64,000 bases of DNA, taken from Prochlorococcus sp. AG-355-P07 (GTDB lineage: Bacteria > Cyanobacteriota > Cyanobacteriia > PCC-6307 > Cyanobiaceae). Location of the stretch: NCBI GenBank assembly GCA_003280575.1, contig QCEN01000009.1:25-64024 (forward strand), given 5' to 3'. Position 1 is the stretch's first letter; the number at the start of each line of letters is the position of its first letter. The position numbers and the translations under genes were made by a program. Positions 1 to 8,951 of this stretch are shown piece after piece. Under the pieces are notes generated by a model. It was not told where the DNA came from and searched no databases. It saw nothing but the letters and a program-made list of their open reading frames with translations.

Positions 1-1600
1 CTTTTTGCAAAGTAGCCTCTGTTGAGGGATCCATAAATGCTGTGGCTTCGTCCATTATCAAAACAATAGGATTTCTAATCGCTACTCTTGCTACTGAAAG
101 AAGTTGCCTCTCTCCAGAAGAGAGATTTCCCCCTCTCTCCCTAAGAAAAGTGTTCAAACCTTCTGGTAATTTTTTTAATAAACTGATTAATCCTAATTCT
201 TTACAAACATTTTCCAATTCGAGATTGTCTATATCCGCATTTAGTCTCAAATTATCTGCAACATTTCCACTAAAAATAAACGTATCTTGTAAGACTACAC
301 CCAACATATTTCTAAGGGTTGAAATAGGAATATCTTTAATATCTATATCGTCTATTAAAATTTGGCCTGATTGAGGTTCATACAATCTACACAATAATCT
401 AATTATGGTTGTTTTACCTGAACCAGTTGGTCCAACAAAGGCTACATGCTCTCCTGGATATATTAAAAAAGATAAATCTTTTAATATATGTTCCCCTTCT
501 TTATAAAAGAAACTAACATTTTTAAATTCGATTTTACCCTTAAATTTTTTATTTACATTTTCCGCATTTTCTAAAAAATGTTTTGCCGATGTAGAATCCT
601 TAATCTGTATTTCTTCATCCAATAATTCATTTATTCTCTCTACAGCTGTTAAACCTCCTTGTATCTGAGTAAATCTTTCTGCAAGCTGCCTTAAAGGTTC
701 AAAAAGTCTTTGGGAATATAAAATAAAAGTTGTTAATGTACCTAAACCAATATTTCCAGAAGTAACAAGGTACCCTCCAAATGCTAAAACCAACGAAACT
801 GCTGCAAGGGAAATCCATTCTATAAATGCAGAAATGCTACTGTCATAAAAAATTGTTCCATTGACAGCTTTCTTATAAGCAACTCCAGTATTAGAAAATT
901 TCTTGCTATTAAAATTCTCTCTTCTGAACATCTGAACGACTTCTAGACCTTGAAGATTCTCTTGAAAATCAGAGTTGAGTTGAGATAGTTCCTCTCTCAC
1001 TTGATAATTAGCCTTTCTATAGCGTTTTTGAAGCCAGATAATAAAATATGAAACTGGAATCTGAGTTAATAACAATAAAATGGCAAGCCCTCGATCAATT
1101 GAAAGCATTGTCAAAGAAATTACTATTAAGCTAACAAAGTCAGCAATGACTCCCACCGCCCCACTCCCAAAAACCTCGGCTAAAGCATCAACATCATTGG
1201 TTAATCTCGTTAATAACTTACCAACGGGCATTTTATCGTGATACTTAAGAGATAAAGATATTGAATGGTCAAAAAGTTCTCTTCTTATCCTGGCAGTTAA
1301 TCTCTGACCAACAGCTTGGATATTGTAGGTTTGGTATCCTTGCAAAACCAACCTGAAAATAACTGTTATAAATAAGGTAAGGATAATGGCATTTATTGAC
1401 TGCCCAAAAAAAGTTTTACTTAGCCAAACATCTGTACTTTCGTTTTTAAGAATAGTTATTGCCTGCCCTACCAATAGTGGTTGAATTGCTCCAGAGAAAG
1501 ATACAGGTAGCAATATTATTAAGATTAAATAGATTGTTTTTTTATCTTTAGTTAAATATTTACCTAACTTTTTAATCCTACTAAAATCCTTAGAAAACAT
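1..1600 (-). CDS. ABC exporter, fused permease + ATPase (MsbA/MdlB-like); C-terminus runs off the left window edge
   Basis: My manual minus-strand translation from ATG (complement 1598-1600) is open to position 1. It has an N-terminal TM region, Walker A GPTGSGKT (about 405-440), ABC signature LSSGE (about 95-125) and Walker B IMDEAT. It is absent from the ORF track only because no stop lies in the window. Confidence 0.85.
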   Translation of the reverse strand, partial: MFSKDFSRIKKLGKYLTKDKKTIYLILIILLPVSFSGAIQPLLVGQAITILKNESTDVWLSKTFFGQSINAIILTLFITVIFRLVLQGYQTYNIQAVGQRLTARIRRELFDHSISLSLKYHDKMPVGKLLTRLTNDVDALAEVFGSGAVGVIADFVSLIVISLTMLSIDRGLAILLLLTQIPVSYFIIWLQKRYRKANYQVREELSQLNSDFQENLQGLEVVQMFRRENFNSKKFSNTGVAYKKAVNGTIFYDSSISAFIEWISLAAVSLVLAFGGYLVTSGNIGLGTLTTFILYSQRLFEPLRQLAERFTQIQGGLTAVERINELLDEEIQIKDSTSAKHFLENAENVNKKFKGKIEFKNVSFFYKEGEHILKDLSFLIYPGEHVAFVGPTGSGKTTIIRLLCRLYEPQSGQILIDDIDIKDIPISTLRNMLGVVLQDTFIFSGNVADNLRLNADIDNLELENVCKELGLISLLKKLPEGLNTFLRERGGNLSSGERQLLSVARVAIRNPIVLIMDEATAFMDPSTEATLQK

Positions 1601-1612
1601 TTAGCTAATCAT

Positions 1613-2251
1613 CTATAAAGCATTAGTTGATTCTATTGATAAAATCGTATCTTTGAGATGATTATCATCTAATCTCATTGATAAAGGATTGCCAATTAGT
1701 CTTGCAGTTGAGTAAAAAAGATCATCAATTTTGATTAAACCATTCTCCTTGAGAGTCTTTCCGGTTGCCACTAAATCTACTATTGCCTCTGCCATCCCAG
1801 TAATAGGACCAAGCTCGACAGATCCTGTTAAATGAACTATTTCTACAGGTATATTTAATTCATCAAAATAAGATCTTGCTGTTTTTGTAAATTTACTTGC
1901 AACCTTACAATTAGCTGGGAGATCAGTTGGTTTGGAATAGTTGCTGTTGTTCTTTACTGCCAACGACATATGACAACCCCCAAATCCTAAATCTAATAAC
2001 TTTGCAACTTTCAATTCAGATTCGCGTAAGACGTCATAACCAACAATACCCAAATCAGCCTGACCATAACTAACATAAACAGGAACATCTCCATTTCTTA
2101 CTAATAAAGCTTTAGCCCGTTTGCAATTTGATTCAAATGTTAATGATCTATTATTTTCGTCCAAAACTTCAGAAAAATCTAACCCAGCTCTTTTAAAAGT
2201 GGAAATTGAATCTTTTAACAGAGCTCCTTTTGGTAAAGCTATAGTAAACAT
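1613..2251 (-). CDS. hisG: ATP phosphoribosyltransferase, short form
   Basis: 212 aa. N-terminus [12 protein letters not shown] and overall HisG-S pattern recognised. Confidence 0.85.
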   Translation of the reverse strand: MFTIALPKGALLKDSISTFKRAGLDFSEVLDENNRSLTFESNCKRAKALLVRNGDVPVYVSYGQADLGIVGYDVLRESELKVAKLLDLGFGGCHMSLAVKNNSNYSKPTDLPANCKVASKFTKTARSYFDELNIPVEIVHLTGSVELGPITGMAEAIVDLVATGKTLKENGLIKIDDLFYSTARLIGNPLSMRLDDNHLKDTILSIESTNAL

Positions 2252-2290
2252 AGATCAATTTCTTCAAGGACTATTCATTCTAAGTTAACA

Positions 2291-3031
2291 ATGGCATTTA
2301 ATAAAGCTCGCAATATAATCGGACTAAGAGTTTTAAATGACAACGTCATTTGGTTGTGGATCAAAGATAAATCCGTTGTTGTTGTAGATCCATCTGTTCA
2401 CGATCCAGTAATTAGATATATAGATGAAAATAATTTTCACTTAAAAGCTATTTTGCAAACTCATCATCATACAGACCATATTGGAGGGACAAAGTCTCTT
2501 ATTGAAAGATGGCCAAATGTAAAGGTGATTGCTTCCTCCAAAGAAAAAAAGCGAATACCTTTTCAAAATATATCTGTAGAGGATGGAGAAACTTTTAAGA
2601 TTTTAGGAGAAGAAGTAAAAATAATTGAAGTATTAGGGCATACAAGTTCACATATTGCCTTCTTTTTGAATGGGAAAAATCCTGTTCTTTTTATTGGTGA
2701 TACATTATTTTCTGGAGGCTGTGGCAGAATTTTTGAAGGAACTTATCGACAAATGTATTCTTCACTAGAAAGGATAAAATCTTTACCAAAAAATACTCTC
2801 ATATATTGTGCACATGAATATACAAAGGCAAATATATTATGGGCATTGAATATCAAGCCTAAAGATCAAGATATAAAAAATAAACTTTTGGAAGTTGAAA
2901 AAAAACTTTCTCATAATGAATTGACAATTCCATTTTTACTTGATGAAGAGATGAAAATAAACCTTTTCTTGAGAGCAAAAAATTTAGAAGAATTTACTTT
3001 TTTAAGAGCAAATAAAGATTTATGGGTTTAA
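2291..3031 (+). CDS. gloB: Hydroxyacylglutathione hydrolase (glyoxalase II), metallo-beta-lactamase fold
   Basis: [10 protein letters not shown] metal motif and the C-terminal HEYT motif typical of GloB. Confidence 0.85.
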   Translation: MAFNKARNIIGLRVLNDNVIWLWIKDKSVVVVDPSVHDPVIRYIDENNFHLKAILQTHHHTDHIGGTKSLIERWPNVKVIASSKEKKRIPFQNISVEDGETFKILGEEVKIIEVLGHTSSHIAFFLNGKNPVLFIGDTLFSGGCGRIFEGTYRQMYSSLERIKSLPKNTLIYCAHEYTKANILWALNIKPKDQDIKNKLLEVEKKLSHNELTIPFLLDEEMKINLFLRAKNLEEFTFLRANKDLWV

Positions 3032-3055
3032 ATAGATAGGTATCTTCTAAAAAAA

Positions 3056-3448
3056 ATGTCCACCAAACAAGTAATTAAAACATCAAATGCTCCAGATCCA
3101 GTAGGACCTTATAATCAAGCAATAAAAGCTGGGGATTTTATCTATTGTTCTGGTCAAATTGCTATAGACCCAGCCTTAAATGAAATAACATGTTTAGGAG
3201 ATATAGAGAAGGAAACTATTCAAGTTTTAAAAAATCTCTCAGCAGTTCTTAAAGCTGGTGGAGCAAAAATAGAAGATGTAATAAAAACAACTATTTACTT
3301 AACGGACTTGAGTAATTTTCAAATTGTCAATAAAATATATAGTGATTTTTTTAATATAGAGAATCCTCCAGCAAGGGCCTGCGTGGAAGTTTCATCTCTT
3401 CCAAAAGGAGTTTTAGTTGAAATAGATTGCGTCGCATTTTTAGATTAA
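3056..3448 (+). CDS. ridA: RidA/YjgF/L-PSP family enamine/imine deaminase
   Basis: 130 aa. APDPVGPYNQA and ARACVEVSSLPKGVLVEI motifs typical of RidA. Confidence 0.85.
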   Translation: MSTKQVIKTSNAPDPVGPYNQAIKAGDFIYCSGQIAIDPALNEITCLGDIEKETIQVLKNLSAVLKAGGAKIEDVIKTTIYLTDLSNFQIVNKIYSDFFNIENPPARACVEVSSLPKGVLVEIDCVAFLD

Positions 3449-3533
3449 TTTCTAATTATTGAGAAATTTGAAATATGAACCAATTGTGCACCATAGTTGT
3501 ATAGATTATTAGTAGATAATTCATCTTTGATCT

Positions 3534-3761
3534 ATGTCAGCAGCAAAGCTAAATATAGATGAACTAGAAGCAGGTTATCCTTTATTTTGCAAAGCTCTGA
3601 GACTATTAATTTTAAAAGGTAATTCAGTTAAAGATATAGAAAAGACAGTATGCTGGGGGCATCTTGAAACTTTAAATAGATGTTTGCCAGGAAGATATAA
3701 AGCCCCTACATATTTAATGGCCTTAATTAAGAGAGATATTGCAAAGCCAAATAACTATTAA
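3534..3761 (+). CDS. Hypothetical 75-aa protein
   Basis: ORF only; no recognisable domain. Convergent with the end of the cso operon. Confidence 0.4.
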   Translation: MSAAKLNIDELEAGYPLFCKALRLLILKGNSVKDIEKTVCWGHLETLNRCLPGRYKAPTYLMALIKRDIAKPNNY

Positions 3762-3767
3762 AAAGGA

Positions 3768-4007
3768 CTAATGTTCTAAATAAAATTTATCAATATCCTT
3801 TGAAAAATCTTTTTCCTCGTCTGATATCTCTTTATTTTCTAAAAATATTGAAAGACTTACAAAATTCTTACCGAAGCTGATATTTGGATAGATATCCCTT
3901 TCTTTGCATAATTTTTCAATTTCCCCCATGAATTTACTAATTCTTGAGTATTGATCAAATTCAAATCTTTTTTCAATCCTCAAAGGTGATTCTCTTTCAT
4001 TCCACAT
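3768..4007 (-). CDS. Pterin-4a-carbinolamine dehydratase-like protein, alpha-carboxysome RuBisCO assembly factor (acRAF)-type
   Basis: 79 aa, last gene of the cso cluster. PCD/DCoH-like length and pattern, but the catalytic HHP is replaced by IYP, as expected for acRAF. Confidence 0.75.
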   Translation of the reverse strand: MWNERESPLRIEKRFEFDQYSRISKFMGEIEKLCKERDIYPNISFGKNFVSLSIFLENKEISDEEKDFSKDIDKFYLEH

Positions 4008-4080
4008 TAATTTCTTTTTTCAAGACTAATTTCACTATACCTTCAACAAAGATTATCAATAAACTTTTGAAATTAAAATT

Positions 4081-4329
4081 TTAGTCACTCTCCCAAAAAT
4101 CAATAATGCCACCAATTGTTAAATCGGTTTGAACTTCTGGGTTAGGGCATGCAAATCTCGCAGCAGAGCCACTAGCAGTAAAAACCCAATTACCTTCTCT
4201 AGCGCCAACAGGATCAACCGCAACTAATTTCTTTCCTTTATTATTTTCTAAAATTCGTAAATTCATATGCCCTAGGCCAGCGACTCTTTGAGTACATACC
4301 ATTCTTCCTAATACCTTCATGATTTCCAT
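4081..4329 (-). CDS. csoS4B: Carboxysome vertex (pentamer) protein CsoS4B, EutN/CcmL family
   Basis: 82 aa EutN/CcmL-like sequence. A strong AAGGAGGA Shine-Dalgarno lies 9 nt upstream of the ATG at 4329. Position in the cso operon fits. Confidence 0.9.
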   Translation of the reverse strand: MEIMKVLGRMVCTQRVAGLGHMNLRILENNKGKKLVAVDPVGAREGNWVFTASGSAARFACPNPEVQTDLTIGGIIDFWESD

Positions 4330-4347
4330 AATTTCTATCCTCCTTTT

Positions 4348-4599
4348 TTATAACTTGTCAGGATCCCAATGATCAATTATTCCAACAATCGTTAAATCGC
4401 TTGGATAAGATTTGCTTCCCGCAGCTTCTCTAGCAGCAGAACTTCCAACACAAATAACCCAATCTCCTGGCTTACAGCCAACAGCATCAACTGCAACTTT
4501 ATTAGAAGATCCATCTAATACAACCTGCAGATGTTTATGTTCAAAACCAGGGATCCTGTTTGTTGATACAAGTGGTTTTAGAACCTTACAAATTAACAT
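4348..4599 (-). CDS. csoS4A: Carboxysome vertex (pentamer) protein CsoS4A
   Basis: 83 aa paralogue of the neighbouring EutN/CcmL protein; operon position fits. Confidence 0.9.
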   Translation of the reverse strand: MLICKVLKPLVSTNRIPGFEHKHLQVVLDGSSNKVAVDAVGCKPGDWVICVGSSAAREAAGSKSYPSDLTIVGIIDHWDPDKL

Positions 4600-4601
4600 A
4601 A

Positions 4602-6131
4602 CTAGTGAGCCTCCTCTGTTTTTTTATCTAAAGACATTCCAATAATTTTGGCGGAATGAATGTTGTCCCTATCTCTAATAGTAGAGCAAGTATGTAACAA
4701 CCCTTGATCAACTAGATTTTTATATCTAATTGATATCGCATTATTAACTCTTTCACAATCTTTTATTGCTCTCTCTTTTGCGCCAGGTACTTTGCCAGAG
4801 TAATCAAATCTTATCACTACTGGAATAGGTAGATCTTGAGAAACATTTAACCCAGTAAAGATCTTTACTCCTACATCTAAATCCGGAGCCCCTTCTTCGA
4901 CTGTATCTAAATGAGCAAAATAAGTTAAATTTCTGAGATGTACTTCTTTAAAACCTATTCCAACTCCAATAAACCTCTCTGCATGTCCAATATCATCATA
5001 AGAACCATTATAAAAACTCTTAACATAATCAATTTGAGAAATATTATTAACAATTAATTTATACGTAAATTTTTCCAGTCCACTGAGTTTATCTTTTGAA
5101 GTATGCTCAGAAATTGTTTGACAAATTTCTCTCTCTGCATCCTCTTGTGAAAAGTTTATTGTTGAATTATAAATTTCTAAAGTAGAAATAGTTTTTTCTA
5201 AATCAATCCCTCCATCTCTTGTTGACAAATGTATTTTTAATGAATCAGTGTCTGTATCAAGTCCAATTAACATTAAATCCACAGAAGCTCCGCAACAAAA
5301 GCTGTTTTCTACAGCTTCTTTGAAAGCATATAATTTATTTCTACCTTCTTTTGCCGCTAGCTCGTCGTTACTCCCATGAGCTGCGCATCCCTGATGCAAA
5401 GGATCTACAGAACTAAAATGATAAGTTACAACTTTTAAGTATCTGGTATCTTTATGCGCTTCATTAGGGATATTCTCTCTATATCTTTTATGTTCAGTTT
5501 TTACCCAACGATTAACGGTATTTTCAATATCAAACAGTGCTCCAGCATGGGATCTTCTTCTTACTGAACTAAAAGGTATTCTCATTACATAAGCAACTGA
5601 ATGAGCTAATCGCCCATCTGAACAAGGAGTTATATCAAGTAAATGTATTCCACAATCTAAAATAAATTTTTCAAAATCTTCCGCACCTCTACTGCCTGAA
5701 GCACCTTCAAGTGGATCATTTTTAAAAAAATTATCACTAAGCTTCTCATGTTGTTTAAAAGCACACCATGCATATAGAGCTCTCATATCAAGAGGTTTAA
5801 CCCAAGATTTATCCAATACATGATGGGGCAGATCTATTCCCAAATTTTTTCTTGATATTATCTGAGCTTTACTTATAAAATCTTCTTGATGTTGTATTCG
5901 AGCAATTTCCTTTAGAGTTGGAACAATTTTGTCAAAATCACTTTTTATTTTGCTTTCATACCTATATAAATTCTCATTTTGGATATTATTAGTTAATTTA
6001 TGAAATTTTCCAGAATTTGGGAAATTATTTGATTCTTTAGTTTGTATATGAATATTTTCCGTAAAAGTTTTCATCGGAGCTGTAGGCCCCAATGTAAAGT
6101 TCTTGGCTTTTGCCAGTCCTCTTAAAGGCAT
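4602..6131 (-). CDS. csoSCA: Carboxysome shell carbonic anhydrase CsoSCA (CsoS3)
   Basis: 509 aa lying between csoS2 and csoS4A. Sequence recognised as the CsoS3 family. Confidence 0.9.
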   Translation of the reverse strand: MPLRGLAKAKNFTLGPTAPMKTFTENIHIQTKESNNFPNSGKFHKLTNNIQNENLYRYESKIKSDFDKIVPTLKEIARIQHQEDFISKAQIISRKNLGIDLPHHVLDKSWVKPLDMRALYAWCAFKQHEKLSDNFFKNDPLEGASGSRGAEDFEKFILDCGIHLLDITPCSDGRLAHSVAYVMRIPFSSVRRRSHAGALFDIENTVNRWVKTEHKRYRENIPNEAHKDTRYLKVVTYHFSSVDPLHQGCAAHGSNDELAAKEGRNKLYAFKEAVENSFCCGASVDLMLIGLDTDTDSLKIHLSTRDGGIDLEKTISTLEIYNSTINFSQEDAEREICQTISEHTSKDKLSGLEKFTYKLIVNNISQIDYVKSFYNGSYDDIGHAERFIGVGIGFKEVHLRNLTYFAHLDTVEEGAPDLDVGVKIFTGLNVSQDLPIPVVIRFDYSGKVPGAKERAIKDCERVNNAISIRYKNLVDQGLLHTCSTIRDRDNIHSAKIIGMSLDKKTEEAH

Positions 6132-6134
6132 TAA

Positions 6135-8429
6135 TTAACCTCGTGCACCACCTGAAAAGGTAACAAGTTGTCCTTCACGAGTATTGCCACTTGATCCAGT
6201 TATTAAGAAATCTGGTTTTTCTGTTCCATCATTTCTTTTAACTTCCATAGGGGGCATTGCACTCATGAATCCTGCTCTTGATGGATTTCTCTTTCTAGAA
6301 GAAGCTCCCTCAGTGCCTGTTACCTTATCACCGCGATCCCAATCGTCACCAGTTACGTTTCCCACTGATTGCCCTTCACCAGTAATCCTTGATGCGACTC
6401 TTTTTTCTGGTGTCTTTGCCGCACGGTCTGCTTCTTCAATTTCCATTTTTTGTTTATAAGTAATATTTTTATTCGGTTCAAATCTAAATTTTTCAGTACC
6501 AGTGACCTTATCAACTGCCATATCAAAAGGTCCTGTCACCTTCGAACCATTTTCATATTCATTACCTGTAACACCTTGAGTATTTTTTTCAGAGTATTTA
6601 TCTCTTGATGGTGATTTAACAGAGAATTCCTTCCAAGAGTTACCTGCTGACTTTTCCGGATTCGCATAAGCCGTATCATGTGGAGGATTATCACAAGCTT
6701 GTGAGAACTGATCTCCACCAACATAGGGAGTACCTGTTAGATTTTTACAAGCACCTTTCTTAGCACCTGTCATTACTCCGCCAATTCCTGGTTGCTGTCC
6801 TGTAAGTCTGGCATTTGAATTATTTCCAGAATTTACTGTTGATCGGGATTTCATATCTTCAGAAATCTCAGTACTACAATTTTCATTAATCTGATCTAAG
6901 CCTGCATATGGTGTTCCTGTTAATACTTTGCATGAACCTGGTTCATCTCCAGTTACTATTTCTGATCTTCCTGTCATAGTGCCGCTTATTAAATTTGACT
7001 TTGAAGAAAGGCTTAAACCTACTTTTCTAGCTTCTGGTTTTGGTTTTGAACCGCAAAACTTCTCGTATTGTTGAGATCCAATGTATTCATCGCCAGTTAC
7101 ATTCTTACAACTCCCATGTTCATTGCCTGTCATATGGTCTGATCTTCCAACCCCTGTACCAGTTACATTATTCCCATTAAGAGTGTTGTAACTACCTACT
7201 TTTTCAAACGCTTTACCTTTTGGATTTGGCTCAGAGCCAAGATATTGATCTCCAGTTAACTGATGTCCAGAACCTGATTCATCTCCAGTAACTAAGGTTG
7301 ATCTACCAGGAAGTGATCCAGATACTTTTAATCCATCGGTTGTAGTACTGTGTTTAACCTTTGAAGGATTTTTTGGAACATCACCACAATACTTCTGTGA
7401 TTGATTAGAAGATGCATATTCAGTACCTGTAAGGTTTTTACAAGTCCCTGGCTCATCTCCTGTGACCCTATCAGATCTACCAACTTCATTCCCAGTCACT
7501 TTATTTCCTGATGTTGTTGCAGTAACAGTAGATCTAAGTGGTTGTTTATAACTTGGTTTATCTTGACAAAATTGATCAACAACTTCTGCTCCCAGGTATT
7601 GGGTGCCAGTTACTGTTCTGCATGTACTTGCTTCATTTCCTGTAGTTTTTAAAGATCTATTAGCTTGTGTTCCAGTCACTATTTGACCTGAATCAGTTTC
7701 ACTTTTACCAACTTTCCAGCTAGCATCTGCAATATTTTGTTTGGCGCCATTTTTATTTGGACCACATGGTCTACATTTACCATTACCTTTTTTGCCTGTA
7801 GCACCAGTTTTACTTCTTAGCTCTCTCACTCTCTGAGAAATTTCTCTACTACTTAAATCTGGGTCTCCCCTTCTGGCTAAAGAAGCGGCACTGGTATTTT
7901 GTTTAGTTGCTGATTTTCCATGCTTAGATTGAGCTTCTCTTCTCGCCAAAACAATATCTCTACTTGTATTAACAATAGGCTTTCTCTTCTGATTAATTCT
8001 TCTCTTAACGTTTGGTTTTAGGGACTTTGATTCTGTACTGGTTGAATCCTGACTTTCTTGATTTTTATTTATAGTTGATTTAACTGTGTTTACAGGACTT
8101 TCTTTTTTAACATCAGTACGGGTTCTATCGGATGAAGTTATAGCTGATTTCCCATGGCTAGACATTGCTTTTCTTCTCTCTATTACAAACTCTTTACTAG
8201 ATAAATTTGTTGAAGAATTTCTGTTTACTTGAGTTTTTGGAATATGTTTTGAAGCTGGTTTAGAAATATTATGATTATTAAGTGAAGACTGAGTCCCAGA
8301 AAAATGTATATCTTGAGAAGATCGAACTCTATCTTTGGTAGTTGAAGAATAAGCAGCAGCTTTTTTACCGCTATCACTCATCTCCTTTCTTCTTTCAAGT
8401 GCAATCTCTCTGCTGGTTTTTTTTGACAT
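6135..8429 (-). CDS. csoS2: Carboxysome scaffold protein CsoS2
   Basis: Repetitive and basic. Four N-terminal S(R/K)E-x-ALxRR-x5-GK peptides are followed by repeated VTG..G.C(K/R)x(V/L)TG(T/D)xY units. The ATG at 8429 (MSKKTSREIAL) is the likely start; the ORF track extends to a TTG at 8438. Confidence 0.9.
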   Translation of the reverse strand: MSKKTSREIALERRKEMSDSGKKAAAYSSTTKDRVRSSQDIHFSGTQSSLNNHNISKPASKHIPKTQVNRNSSTNLSSKEFVIERRKAMSSHGKSAITSSDRTRTDVKKESPVNTVKSTINKNQESQDSTSTESKSLKPNVKRRINQKRKPIVNTSRDIVLARREAQSKHGKSATKQNTSAASLARRGDPDLSSREISQRVRELRSKTGATGKKGNGKCRPCGPNKNGAKQNIADASWKVGKSETDSGQIVTGTQANRSLKTTGNEASTCRTVTGTQYLGAEVVDQFCQDKPSYKQPLRSTVTATTSGNKVTGNEVGRSDRVTGDEPGTCKNLTGTEYASSNQSQKYCGDVPKNPSKVKHSTTTDGLKVSGSLPGRSTLVTGDESGSGHQLTGDQYLGSEPNPKGKAFEKVGSYNTLNGNNVTGTGVGRSDHMTGNEHGSCKNVTGDEYIGSQQYEKFCGSKPKPEARKVGLSLSSKSNLISGTMTGRSEIVTGDEPGSCKVLTGTPYAGLDQINENCSTEISEDMKSRSTVNSGNNSNARLTGQQPGIGGVMTGAKKGACKNLTGTPYVGGDQFSQACDNPPHDTAYANPEKSAGNSWKEFSVKSPSRDKYSEKNTQGVTGNEYENGSKVTGPFDMAVDKVTGTEKFRFEPNKNITYKQKMEIEEADRAAKTPEKRVASRITGEGQSVGNVTGDDWDRGDKVTGTEGASSRKRNPSRAGFMSAMPPMEVKRNDGTEKPDFLITGSSGNTREGQLVTFSGGARG

Positions 8430-8470
8430 GATCTTCAACTTTGAAATTTTTTAAAAACTTTTTTGAAAAA

Positions 8471-8498
8471 CTTTCTCCAAAAAATTTTTTGGAGAAAG
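8471..8498 (-). terminator. Perfect 28-nt palindrome (CTTTCTCCAAAAAATTTTTTGGAGAAAG) between cbbS and csoS2; putative intercistronic attenuator or processing hairpin
   Basis: Read directly: the two 14-nt halves are exact reverse complements. It lies 23 nt downstream of the cbbS stop. Confidence 0.6.
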
Positions 8499-8520
8499 AT
8501 ATTAACTACGATAAGTAGCT

Positions 8521-8862
8521 TTAACGTCCTTGGAAAACTACAAAAGCTGTTCCTTGACTTTGAGTGTAAGCATCGTATCCGATAATTCTTACATGATGAT
8601 CAGGGTATGCTCTATGGCATGCCTCTAATTCGCTCACGATCAAGTTAAGATCTTTTTCCCCAAAGAATGGGAGTTTCCAATAAGACCAATAAGTTTGCAT
8701 ACATCCACTTGGATGAACATGCTCAATAACTGGACTCCAACCTTGAGCAATTATGTACGCAATTTGGTCATATATTTCTTCCTGGGTCATCGGTGGTAAG
8801 AAACCGAATGTTTCCAGGGTTGCAACTGTTTGATAGTCGCTTACTGTGCTCTGGAAAGGCAT
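8521..8862 (-). CDS. cbbS: RuBisCO small subunit (form IA)
   Basis: 113 aa, MPFQSTVSDYQTVATLETFGFLPP...; textbook RbcS/CbbS sequence. Confidence 0.97.
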   Translation of the reverse strand: MPFQSTVSDYQTVATLETFGFLPPMTQEEIYDQIAYIIAQGWSPVIEHVHPSGCMQTYWSYWKLPFFGEKDLNLIVSELEACHRAYPDHHVRIIGYDAYTQSQGTAFVVFQGR

Positions 8863-8914
8863 AATTAATCAAAATGTGAATGTGATTTCTCGTAAAAACA
8901 AGAATTTAATAAGT

Positions 8915-8937
8915 TTGAGGAGAATTAAACTCCTCAA
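8915..8937 (-). promoter_or_regulatory. Intercistronic stem-loop between cbbL and cbbS (8-bp stem TTGAGGAG/CTCCTCAA, 7-nt loop)
   Basis: Read directly. It contains the only GAGGAG SD-like sequence in the cbbL-cbbS spacer. Confidence 0.5.
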
Positions 8938-8951
8938 TTTCGAAACTTGAG

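Noticed and set aside
42-374. 110-aa plus-strand ORF at the left edge
   Set aside because: It is antisense to the ATPase domain of the ABC exporter, whose Walker A, signature and Walker B motifs read cleanly on the minus strand.
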